Source: Patellaria atrata CBS 101060
Lineage: Eukaryota
Length of the DNA: 20,000 bases
Assembly (NCBI GenBank): GCA_010093705.1
Contig: MU006104.1
Coordinates: 618,983 to 638,982, forward strand
Direction: 5' to 3'
Part shown: positions 1-10,896 of the stretch, piece after piece
Layout: the number at the start of each line of letters is the position of its first letter
Numbering within the stretch: position 1 is the first letter of the stretch
Program-made: the position numbers and the translations under genes
The notes under the pieces: model-generated
Database searches by the model: none
The model's input: only the letters and a program-made list of their open reading frames with translations
What the model was told of the DNA's origin: nothing

Positions 1-1134
1 AAATTCCGAGTCAGTGAACCCCAAAGAAGCCTCTTGCAGGTCTTGATGGTTTATGTCATAAACATCCATGTATTTCTCAAGTGAATTTTCCATGACTAAG
101 GATCTTAACGCCACTGATGACTCGTCCAGAATCGGTATGGCCGATGCATATGTGTTCTTGAGGCTTTTACGCAGCCTAACGCAACGTCTTGACTGGCTCT
201 TCTCCTCGATCCTGCTGACTGGTGGTAAGGGGCTGCTAATTCTATAACCTCGAGATACTAGCTCAACCTCTTGAACCAATGTTATCCCCGATGTAGTTGA
301 AGCATCTAGAGCTTTGAGGTTTGTGATCATCAGCGAGATATTATGGATAGCCTGTTGGCGTAAATATTGTAGCCACTGTCGTCTCGCGTATGCATATAAC
401 AGAGTCGCTGATATGGATAACCATGCGAGAACTATTGCTAAGCGATTCTTGCAAAACCCATGCTGTCTGTTTCCCCTGGCCCAATGTATCAGCCAGACGA
501 GAACAAAAGCGCACATGCCGGTTGCAACGGCCCCTCCCAGGCCAATAGTCGCATTGTGGTATTGTGATGGGCTCTCAGTATTCTCGTTATCGGTGTTCGA
601 GCCAGTAAGGGGCTTTACGGAGTTAAGACCGATCTGTTCGTTCAAGAGTTGGGAGGCGACGATCAAGTAACGAAATTGTTCCAGAAAGCGAAAGTTGTCT
701 GCCCTACCTATCCTTGAGTTAACTGCGCGCTGTTGATACATTTGTCAGTGCTTGCTCCATCTAGGTGCCAGAGAGAGCCCTACAAAACAAGCGTGGTGGA
801 TTTTCGCCACTGGGCCTTGTTGAGGCACAGTTATTCGTAGCGGCTGAGGAAGCTTCCGTCGTATTCTAGCTTGCAGCGTAGAAGGCCCTCGAGGAGCGAA
901 CGATGTTTGTAGTTCGGGAAGGGTGTGTTCTGAATCATCATTCGAGGCAACCCAATCCGAGTGACGTTCACCTTCGCCTATATAACACGTCAGTTTTGTT
1001 CCAAGCAATGTTTGATTCGACATAGTTCTTCCGTAGCCGCAAATTACAATGTAACCGACTTATTTGATGTGGAATACCATACCTTCTAGATAGGCTGCCA
1101 AGGGTGAGTCGTCGTAGACAACACTCTCCATCAT
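1..1134 (-). CDS. vezA: Vezatin/VezA-like membrane protein (dynein/dynactin-associated in Aspergillus); partial, continues beyond window start. Exons 1134-1083, 977-784, 729-<1
   Basis: Manual splicing gives MMESVVYDDSPLAAYLE/GEGE...; exon 3 is open for 243 codons to position 1. It contains FLEQFRYLIVASQLL, two hydrophobic segments (ATIGLGGAVATGMCAFVLVWLIHW; LAIVLAWLSISATLLYAY), YARRQWLQYLR and QEVELVSRGYRISSPLPPVSRIE, which I recognise from fungal vezatin-domain proteins. Introns 1082-978 (GTATGG..CTGAC..TAG) and 783-730 (GTAGGG..CTGAC..CAG) keep the frame. Confidence 0.85.
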
Positions 1135-2919
1135 GCTCCGTCACGACCTCATGATCGTCGTTAATTACCGTTTGTCCAAACCTCCGAATCGGCCGAATCA
1201 AAGCCGCTTATTCCGAGAAATGATCCAGACCGCGCGGTGTAGAGTTACTTTTCACTTCGGAGAGAGTGAAATGGTGGATAATATATGTATAGAGCAGCAG
1301 GTTTCAAACAGGCGCAGGAAACTTGGGATTGGAAGTTAAGGAGATGTTTTGTTTGCACGTTTCCACGGTTGTTTGTTGAAAGCATGGTCTAGAAAGGTAG
1401 CGTACTCCGTAAATTATGTTTATTACTGTACTACCTAGGTATGGGTAATCGAGCGGTAATACAGCCGAAAATACACCTCCCGGCCGACCTGCAATTTGCC
1501 CGTTCGCACCGTTATTCTGGGAATCTGGGAACTTTGAGCACGGGATGATCGACCGCCTGCGCTTGACGGAGCCATTCAAATCCCGGCTAGGCACCCACGG
1601 CTCCCATATCTCCACCTTAGCCGCCCCTGACAGTTATCCGTACGTCCTTAAGGCTGGTGGCTTTGATTCCACGACACCCTTCTCCTCCATGGCCACGATT
1701 CTTCACATGCAGGTACAAATCCGCTGCGTCGGTGTATCAGGACCTTTCTACGGACGTATCTCCACATGCTCTAGAGAATTGCTTTCTCTATTGTCGACCA
1801 ACCCATTTTGTCGGTACGAATAAGGCCTCCGGATCCTTTCAAATGTCCTACCATTCAAAAGCTCAGAAGCAGCTTCAACATAACGAGGCATCCTAATGAT
1901 CGATGATCACAAGATCTTTCGGGGCTGTGAAAACAACACCGCGTATTGCGATGGAGAATCGAAGTGACATCCATCCTGAAAATCCCGAGCTGAAATAGTC
2001 AATCTGGCAGGACATGCGAGATATCGTACATCTTGGTATAAGCCTGCGTATTTAGAGGTAAGTATCATTTTTATTTGCCCAGTATTCCGCGATAAGGATA
2101 CTTTTGAGAATTTGTCTCGATTTCAAAGATTGCTTACTAAACCTCTGCCATGACGGGCGTCCCGTTTTCTTCCTGAATTTATTCCCGAGTCCACACTTAG
2201 CCGTACTAATTCTTCATTAATATCCTCATGGCCGCATATGCATCCTGTACATTCTAGAGCTAACATAGTAATCCTTGGATTTATAACATACCCGAGATGT
2301 GTAAAATATTGTCTGTCAGGTTCCAGCCTCTCCGTTATGGATGACAATCTCATATTGTTACGCCAGAGATAGCCTACTCCTTTCCATTCACTTCCTCAGC
2401 TGCTCATTCTTAGTCGTCCAATTCAGCCCTGTATATGACTGGCATTGCTGATATTCGCCACACCTGCTTAGTCGGAGCAAGCCAGGCAGGTCCCATTGGT
2501 ACCGAGCCGGACAAGTCTTCGCCCCAGAAACCATCTGGGGCAGGAATTCCCGCCCTCCTAAACCTGGCTCGATGCAAACAAACCGATACAGCGTTTGAGA
2601 TTGAGGTGATCTCCGTAAGGCTACTCTAGTAAATGTGACTCTACCTGGGTGAGAGAGTCTTATTGGTTGTTTATCTGATATTTAGACACAATGCCACGAT
2701 GCTATACTAAAGAGCTCTATATACCATTGGCGTATCTATCACCGCAGTTGTACAGTATATCCGTTACAATTCATGCACTATGAATTATGGAACTTTCCTT
2801 AACTTTTTCCCTCTTCCAGCCACCGATCCTCTTAGTTCTCATTTGCCTGAGGATGTTATACTCAAACTTGCGTATTATATAGTTCTCTATATAAGAGACA
2901 AATATATGTCTCATTCTCT

Positions 2920-3901
2920 ATGTTAAAAATATTGAGGAAAATCAAATCGTTCATCTTTTCTTCTGAATATAGCGATACTATGGATGCACAAAGGATTTCT
3001 AGTTCCTGGACCACCATTACCCAAATATCTCAAATGCTATCGAGCTCTCCTGATTCATGGCATTCTTACATTGCATCAGCGAGGGTTGCAATAAATTCAA
3101 TCGATGCTACTGGATTTATGACAAACCCGTCCCTATTGGATCAGCAAATCTTCTTCATTAATACCCTCCAAAGACTAGCGTATGTCGACGCTGATAGTGG
3201 AGGTGTAATAGACTTAGCAAATTGGTGTTTGCAGAAATGGCTTGCAATTCTTTCATTACACCCACAGAGCGTTGCAGTCCTTCGAGGTTAGAAGCATTGA
3301 TCACTTTATCTACGCGTATTCTAATGGGTGATAGGGATCGCTCAATATTGGCTCTATCGAGCCCAACCTTGTCTAGCACGAATTCATGCTGAAGAAGGTG
3401 AATCTTCTTCAAGTAGTAGTGGAGGCAGCGTTAGAGCCACCACAACAGCTCTCTCACACAGTACGGAAGATGAATATCAGCAGGATGTACAATCATATGC
3501 CACTGCTCAACGAATTCTCCACAGTGCAGATCATGTCGAAGCTCGAGGACTTTTACTTCCTGCTACGGAATACTTTAGACAAGCTGTAGCTCTTGCAGAG
3601 GCCCAAGATCAAGTGTCCGGCGACTTACTGGTGCTGGTATGGACGCATGTGTCTTTTTTGAAAGGATGACGTACTAATGGCGGTTATACAGGCTGCTGAA
3701 GCGCATATGAGCCTAGGAAATGTCTCATATTCCGGAGTAAACATAGAAAACTATGAAATAGCACTGGATTATTTGAGGAGTGCAATGGCCATTCCAGGAT
3801 ATGTGCTAGAACCACATTTACATCAGTGAGTAATTGGAACCCTTCTCCAAGGACAACTCTGATCGTACGATAGATATCTCGATGATTACGGGCAAGTTTG
3901 A
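2920..3901 (+). CDS. Uncharacterised fungal protein, probably alpha-helical. Exons 2920-3286, 3335-3636, 3692-3825, 3874-3901; start codon uncertain
   Basis: Three short introns (3287-3334 GTTAGA..CTAAT..TAG; 3637-3691 GTATGG..CTAAT..CAG; 3826-3873 GTGAGT..CTGAT..TAG) join ORFs 2920-3291 and 3328-3669 plus two further exons into one frame ending ...AAEAHMSLGNVSY...HLHQYLDDYGQV*. The start could be 2920, 2980 or an upstream exon. Confidence 0.8.
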
Positions 3902-4530
3902 CGAGTAAAAATTATCCGGTCTTGGTTCATGAAAGAGTTTCAAGACTCTACAACAGTTTCTAGCATTCGGTCTAGTCCACAAGCGCTCGTTTCTAAGTAT
4001 CTTGGGTTTGTACGGAGTATTTGTACCAATACCAAATGCGTTATACCACATAGATCGAATATATAGTGCAATGGTAGAATCTTATTATCTTCATCGATAT
4101 ACTGCCGCCTGATTTGCAAGAATTGTATGTAAAAATTATCATGAATGCTTCAAGTAGTCATACCGTAGTCCTGACGTCTGAACACCGTTATCGTAAGCGA
4201 GTGATGCTCCAATCAGCTCCCTTACAGTAGAACTACCTTAGAGCTTCTATATCCAGCGGCCGATGCACTCAGTCTGCTCTCAAAAAACAAACAACCTCGA
4301 ACACCCGGAACGATTTGGTAGTGGGCTAGTAAAACCAGACGGAAGCCATCCCGTTGTTACAACCTTACTATCCGTACGCGACTCGGCGTGATTCTTCTCC
4401 TTATCGCCCTCTTCGTTCTTCAGCCCTACAGATCACATCACCCGTCAACTCACCAAAACTTCTCTCATAGTTCAAGTGAGGGGTCCGAATATCTTGCGGC
4501 TAAAGCACTTCTTATCCAGCACCTACGAAA

Positions 4531-4927
4531 ATGGCCGGGATAAGCGACGAGCGGGAGTTAGCTATACATCCTATTGTGATGGAGAGTGTACAGCATAATG
4601 CTAAGGTTAGTCTCACCACCCGATGCGATAATGTTCTGCTATATTCTAATGCTCATGTATTAGACAATATCTAATATTCGTAGCCTCACAGCATCCCTTT
4701 TCGGTGTCGTCGCAGGCACATTAGGTCTTGAATCATATCCCGGATTCATCTTCTACCTCGTTGGAAGCTTGACCGTATCGTTACTGATATACCTTTTCCG
4801 CACCCAAGGCAAACCAAGCGCGTACTTTCACCGGCCATTGGCAGAACTTTGGGGCGGAGAGGTCTTTGGTGGACTAATGAGCTTCGTTCTCACATGGACT
4901 CTGTTCTATGGACTGGTTAGGGCATAA
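4531..4927 (+). CDS. EMC6: ER membrane protein complex subunit 6 (EMC6 / Rab5-interacting family), 112 aa. Exons 4531-4605, 4664-4927
   Basis: Not in the ORF track. AAA-ATG start; intron 4606-4663 (GTTAGT..CTAAT..TAG). Product MAGISDERELAIHPIVMESVQHNAK/TISNIRSLTASLFGVVAGTLGLESYPGFIFY...GGLMSFVLTWTLFYGLVRA* carries the EMC6 signatures GxxAGxLGLE and C-terminal FVLxWTLFYGL. Confidence 0.93.
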
Positions 4928-5918
4928 ACAATGGGGTCTAATAACGTCATGGACCGATTTTCTACGAGCATGGTCGAGATTATCAGGGCATTTCATGGGG
5001 TGAATAACAGGACGGTCGGTTGCACTTAGACTATCTGGAAAATGACGCTCAATTGGAGCTTCTCTACAGTCTCACCGCCATGACTATAGGTCTAAAGAAA
5101 CTTGAAAGATGCTATTGTCATGGGGATATTGGTTGCGCCACGACAGATTACCCTCAGGACAGTCCACTAGTTTGATGAATAATCCACAGTGGAACTCATG
5201 CACTACCAAACAACTGGCAAGACCATATCGGTATTTCTAGGAGTGCGAACCTTGTCGCGCTTTCGAGTTTTGCGTTTTCTTGCGGCAACCCTTGTATCAA
5301 CTCCTATCTAATCTAGATCATTATACCCATCGTTGTATGAATATATTTTCTACGGTTACAGCCTTTTCTGAAACACTTTTGTAATTATCGTACAGGAGAA
5401 TTCAAAGTCAAATTATACCACATGGTGGGTGTTATAGCTCGTATGACCCTAATGAGACCTCATGCAACAACAGAGAGGTTATTGTACATGAAATTGAGAC
5501 CAATAGAACAGCTCCTGCTAGATTAGGAAATAGACGATTCTCAAAATCGGCCGGGTCATACCTTCGTACGTACGGTAATGGCTCGGGAGCCGCACAGCCA
5601 CTGCCGCGCAACTCCAAGCCAGGACAGGATCGTCAGTCCTAGAGCTCTCTGACATAACTTTCGCAAAAGGAGCCCACCTTCTGCTCGTAATCCTACCAAA
5701 TATTCTATTCTTTCTAACTCTTGAACTTAAACATAGTGCAAGTGCGCCTTTTCCGATTATTCTTCAGCGCGTTCCCTCTCTCAGCTATTACAAGGATTTC
5801 CGTCGTCTCCTGTTTCCAACGCAACCAACACCCAGATTCACGTTCAGTAAGCATCAATTGAGCTGAATAGATCCCTCAAAAGCTCTGCTTCGCCCCGGGG
5901 TTGCGTACCAAATATACA

Positions 5919-7278
5919 ATGTCGGCACTTAGTTCCTACTTTTTGGATCTCATCTATTCCTTGACCAATTGTATGGTCTGTTTCCCGGGCTCTCCGCAGC
6001 TCAAGATCAACAGTCGAAGCTTCAAGATCCTACGGTTGCTAGGAGAGGTAAGGCACTTAAGTCCCAAAGTAGTTAATTATAGAGTCTTAATGGTTACCAT
6101 GGAGCAATAGGGCGGATTCTCATACGTCTATCTGATACAGGAAAATTCCAATCAATCATTATACGCCCTTAAGAAGATACGATGTCCGTTCGGGCAAGAG
6201 TCCGTCTCACAAGCCCTGAAAGAGGTAGAAGCATACAGTCTGTTTTCGCCGCACCCGAACATCATTCATAGCGTCGATCACAGCATCGCGTCGGACAAGT
6301 CTGATCCAGGCGCAAAAACGGTTTACATACTCTTACCTTATTATCGAAGGGGGAATCTACAAGACATGATCAACGCGAACTTAGTGAATCACACCAATTT
6401 CCCGGAAAGGAGATTGATGGTTCTATTTTTAGGTGTCTGCCAGGCTTTAAAGGCCATGCATCAATATAAGGTTCGGGGGCCACCAGGAGGTGCTGCTAGC
6501 CAACAGAACGCGAGAAGAGTAAGGGCAGAGGCGGCCCGTGCCGATTCTGATGCAGTAGAGGAGGTAGAGGAAGATTCAGGGAGAAGGAGAGCTAAGAGTC
6601 GGGAGCGTGACCCTGAAGATGTTGAACAAGAACCTTTGATGGAAGGAGAAGTCACCATGAGTCAAGAAGGTGTCGCACCTGGACAAGTACGAGCATACGC
6701 GCATAGAGACATCAAGCCGGGTAAGGAGCACAGAGTATATTGTTGCAACAATTTGCTGATCTTTCACCCTAGGCAACATCATGATTGATGATGATGGTAA
6801 GACCCCTATTTTGATGGATCTGGGTTCGTTAGCCCCGGCACCGACTCCTATTACGTCACGTTCGTTGGCACTCGCCGTACAAGATACAGCGGCAGAGCAT
6901 AGCACGATGCCATATCGAGCACCCGAGCTCTTCGACGTCAAAACGGGCAGCACGATCGACACCAAGGTCGATATATGGTCGCTTGGGTGCACGTTATATG
7001 CCTGTCTGGTAGGCAAATCTCCATTCGAAGCACGATCAGAGGAGACTGGTGGAAGTTTGAGTATGTGTGTTTTAGGTGGAGATTGGCGCTTCCCTGATGA
7101 AGGCCCTCAAAGGGGAAAGCAAAAGACCCCGACAGAAGGTGGAGTCAGTGAAAATGTAAAAGAAGTTGTACGGAAATGTCTAAAAGTTGAGCCCAGTGAA
7201 CGGCCGGACGTTGATGAATTGATCGAGATAGTGAAGAGTGTCATTGCAAGTCTTCCTGAAGATGGATCGGATTCATGA
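5919..7278 (+). CDS. ENV7: Env7/STK16-like (NAK family) Ser/Thr kinase, 414 aa. Exons 5919-6047, 6111-6720, 6773-7278
   Basis: The spliced product has LGEGGFSYVYL, ALKKI, HRDIKPGN, MDLGS (DLG instead of DFG, typical of STK16/Env7), STMPYRAPELF and DIWSLGC, plus N-terminal cysteines (NCMVCFP). Introns 6048-6110 (GTAAGG..TAG) and 6721-6772 (GTAAGG..CTGAT..TAG) keep the frame. Confidence 0.92.
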
Positions 7279-7528
7279 TTGACGATTTTCTGCGAAATGG
7301 CGTTGTATAGGGGCGACATTGGCGCTGGGAAGGGCTAACCCACTGTTTTGTTGTAATTTTACGTACTCTTCTGGATATGACGCTCATTCTGCATCAGCTC
7401 GGTTCGGAATCTGACACAACCAAGATATATGACTGTGGAACAATTCTCCAATAAACTTCCAAAAAGGGCCAACAGAATAGGATGATACAGTACCTTACAT
7501 CAATAACCTAGGCAACGGTCGCGCTGAA

Positions 7529-7809
7529 GTGGAGCGGGGTGCAGGAATCCAATGCCGGAGTCGGGGGGCCGGGATGTTATGGTAACCTGGAAGGTTGTTG
7601 CAAATACCTTCCGGGTCAAGAAGTATCAAGGCTTGAGAAAGTTCATTTAAATGCCTGCCATCATCCTCGACAGAATGAGGTTCTCACATCATATTACCTT
7701 ATCCCTTATCAGAGTATATGATCATACCCCCCCGAGATAGTTCTACCTCCCCGCAGCTGATCTCAATCGATCCCATCGGTCAAAGGCCCTGGTAGCTCAG
7801 AGCTTATCA
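7529..7809 (+). promoter_or_regulatory. Candidate carbon/nitrogen catabolite control motifs upstream of dpp5
   Basis: SYGGRG (CreA-type) matches at 7529-7534, 7534-7539, 7555-7560 and 7749-7754 (reverse). GATA-type matches at 7698-7703, 7705-7711, 7735-7740 and 7803-7809. Short motifs; function is inferred only. Confidence 0.3.
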
Positions 7810-8201
7810 CATTAGCAAGCAGCTCCGAATTTAGAAGGTGAGCTTGATCTTAGAGCTTATTTCCTATATCGTACCCTGTGCATCTGTGGCCATCGACATG
7901 TACATCCACTCCACTGCATCTACCTGTACTGCATCCTGTACTGTACATTCGAGCTGTCATCCCTTCCTTCCTCGTTTTTGCCTCGTTCTTTCCCCATTTC
8001 CCGTCACCTGTTTCCCGGTCTGGATTTTCAGAATTTATCCTAGAAGATGACGAAAGTCCATTTTCAATTCCATCATGCGCAAATACGAACATCTTTTCCG
8101 CTTCTCAATTGCTTAATACCTTTGCTCGCCCTACCCCCTTGACTTGTCTGCTTCTACTACTTCCTTCACACTTCTTGTCATATGCCTCTAACACTACCGA
8201 T

Positions 8202-10896
8202 ATGGCAGTTTTACATTTCTTCAGTCTCGTCTTGTTGGTGTGGACAATGACCGTCCGCGCCACTAAATTCACCCCAGAAGTCCTCCTCAGCGCACCCCGT
8301 AGGAGTGCCGGCGTGCCCAATTGGAACGGTAGCTTTGTGCTCTACTCAGTCTCTACATACTCCTTTGCAGAGCAAGAGCGCAAATCGGAAATCCGTGTTC
8401 TCAATGTACTGACGGGCGAATCCACCCTCCTAACGAACCAATCTGGGGCTCGTGAACCCAATTGGTTAGATGATGGAAGTGTACTACTACTCACATCGGG
8501 CGACGAGGGGGCTACTAACATTGTCATCGGCAGTGTTGATGGATTTCAGGAGAAGTAGGTTTTTGTGTTCTGTAATTGTTCAATCTCGACATCTTTCAAT
8601 CCTCTGTATCCCTCCATACTAAACACCAGAGCTGGCAGTTTGTTAATTGTCAATTTACTACCCTCATACGCGCTCCATAGTACTGGTAATACTACATGTC
8701 CTTGAATTGTATTCCGTTACACAAGCTTTGGGAGCCTTTTTTTGGAGGACGATGAATCCATTCGTTCAAAGACCGCCCCCTTCGCACCAAACTCCATGGA
8801 CTGGTCTTGAAATGTACATACCATACTATTTAACTGCGGATCAAATTATTTCCTACCAAGTCTGAGTCCATGCAATAACGTTTGATCTTTGTACCTGTTA
8901 TATATTACCCCAAAGCTAATATCATTATCAGCAATTACACAGCCGGCACGGTAAATGCATCTATCAGCAATATAAAACTGAAGACCTTAGAATCTGGAGC
9001 AATTGCCATCGCATTTAGCGCTCTAGCAAAACCTGACGGGTCGTTATATAACGAGGAAATTGCACCTAAATATCGCTCAACTGGAAAGCTGTATAAAGAA
9101 ATCTTTGTTAGACATTGGGATACATGGATTACACCAAATCGCAACTCAATTTTCTATGGAACATTATCCAAAGGTTCGGACATCAGTAGTCAATATGAGC
9201 TATCCTCGGTCACCAATGCACTCAAGGGCACTAATTTCGAAAGCCCTATACCTCCATTTGGGGGTACAGACAATTTCGATTTGAGTACAAATGGCATAGT
9301 TTTCGTGGCAAAAGATCCTAAACTACTACCTGCAACCCACACCAAGGTGGATGTTTATTATATTCCTATCTCCGACTTTACAGTCGCTTCATCTCGAGGA
9401 CTTCAGGAAATCGCAAGACCGGGGTTCAAGGGAGCGAGCTCGTCTCCTGTATTTTCTCCAGATGGCAAACAAATCGCGTTCCTCTCAATGAAGCAAGACG
9501 GATACGAGTCTGATAAGAACCAACTTTTCGTTGTCCCCGATGTCAATCGACCCGGTTGGGTTATGCACTATTTCGCGGGGGAAGACGACAAGGGCGCATG
9601 GAAACTAAGCCCAGATTCAATAACCTGGAGGAGTGATGGGAAAGTACTGTACTTTCTTGTCTCCGACTACGGGCGTGTAGCATTGTATTATACCCCTACG
9701 GCGTTTAATCAGACTCGCTCACTTCCGAAACTCTTTTTCAGACATAATACCATATCTGGTAAGTCATTGATTATACCTACGGACTCGTTGATGAAATATT
9801 GACCCGAAATCCAGATATCAGGCCCCTAGAAAATGGAAGGGCGTTCCTATCGGGTACTAGCATGATTGATAATAGCTTCTATGCCACAATCGAATCGGAC
9901 CCTAGCAAACCTCCTCGCTTGGTATCTTCTGCCTCCCGCAACGGTACTGTCTTTGGGTTGTCTCCCTCTCAGATTTCTGAAGTTGAATGGGATGGTGCAG
10001 CAAACGGTACTAAGATTCATGCCTGGGTAATCAAACCTTCCAACTTCTCTGATACTGAGACTTATCCCCTGGCTTACTACATTCATGGTGGTCCTCAAGG
10101 AGCTTGGGGTGATTCGTGGAGCACAAGATGGAACTACGCCGTATTAGCGGAGCAAGGTTACGTTGTGGTTGCGCCAAATCCAACTGGTAGTACAGGCTAC
10201 GGACAGGAGTTCACGGACGCAATACAGAACCAATGGGGAGGACTACCGTACCAGGATCTTGTGAAAGGTTTTGCCTGGATTGAGCAGAATCTTGACTTCG
10301 TAGATACTGATCGAGCAGTGGCTCTTGGCGCTTCGTATGGGTAAACACAAATCCTATCAAACCCCTACCCAAGAGGGACAACCGGATACTGACGAGAGTA
10401 TAGTGGATATATGATGAACTGGATCCAAGGCCACCCTCTCGGCCGCAAATTTAAAGCGCTCATGACCCACGATGGCGTCTTCAGCATGACAGCCCAAGTA
10501 TCCTCCGAGGAACTCTGGTTCCCAGAGCACGACTTGGGAGGCAAATTCTGGAACCATCAAGCCGACTGGGCCCGTTGGGATCCATCCCGCTTCGCTCAAA
10601 ACTGGGCCACGCCGCACCTCATCATTCACTCGGAGCTGGATTACAGACTTACGATCGCCGAGGGCCTTGCCGCGTTCAACGTGCTGCAGGACAAGGGGAT
10701 CGAGAGCCAGTTTTTGACGTTCCCGGATGAGAATCATTGGGTGTTGAATCCGGAAAACTCGTTGCTGTGGCATACGGTTGTTTTCGATTGGCTTAACAGT
10801 CATGTTGGCTTGCCGAAGTATTCGGAGACGGATCCTGCTGCGAAGGCTGCGTTGGAGGGTGCGATGGTGGTTGGGAGGACGGGATTAAAGCCGTGA
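8202..10896 (+). CDS. dpp5: Dipeptidyl-peptidase V-like serine peptidase (family S9), 732 aa from ATG 8202 or 717 aa from ATG 8247. Exons 8202-8554, 8932-9758, 9815-10340, 10404-10896
   Basis: Motifs FTPEVLLSAPRR, FVRHWDTW, ESPIPPFGG, IHGGPQGAW, nucleophile GASYGG (split by intron 10341-10403), SELDYR (catalytic Asp) and FPDENHWV (catalytic His). Introns 8555-8931, 9759-9814 and 10341-10403 are GT-AG; exons total 2199 nt in frame. Confidence 0.93.

Noticed and set aside
314..670. 118-aa plus-strand ORF
   Set aside because: Antisense to vezatin-like exon 3, non-ATG start, no recognisable motifs.
1133..2629. Short ORFs in the divergent intergenic region (e.g. 1304-1615, 1545-1823, 2123-2353) and an isolated GTAAGT donor-like site near 2058
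   Set aside because: No protein motifs, and I could not build a consistent exon chain. A UTR intron or lncRNA cannot be excluded but is unsupported.
2588..2630. GCGTTTGAGATT resembling the start of a fungal TPP riboswitch
   Set aside because: Lacks the CTGAGA core and the downstream GATAATACCAGCG-type elements; no thiamine gene nearby.
7878..8201. 108-codon non-ATG N-terminal extension of dpp5 in the ORF track
   Set aside because: Pyrimidine-rich leader or intron-like sequence that is poor in stop codons by composition; GTG start unsupported.
8612..8700. Possible cassette exon or stwintron inside dpp5 intron 1 (CAG at 8626-8628)
   Set aside because: Branch site is non-consensus (CTAAA), read-through hits a stop at ~8705, and excision does not recreate a donor.
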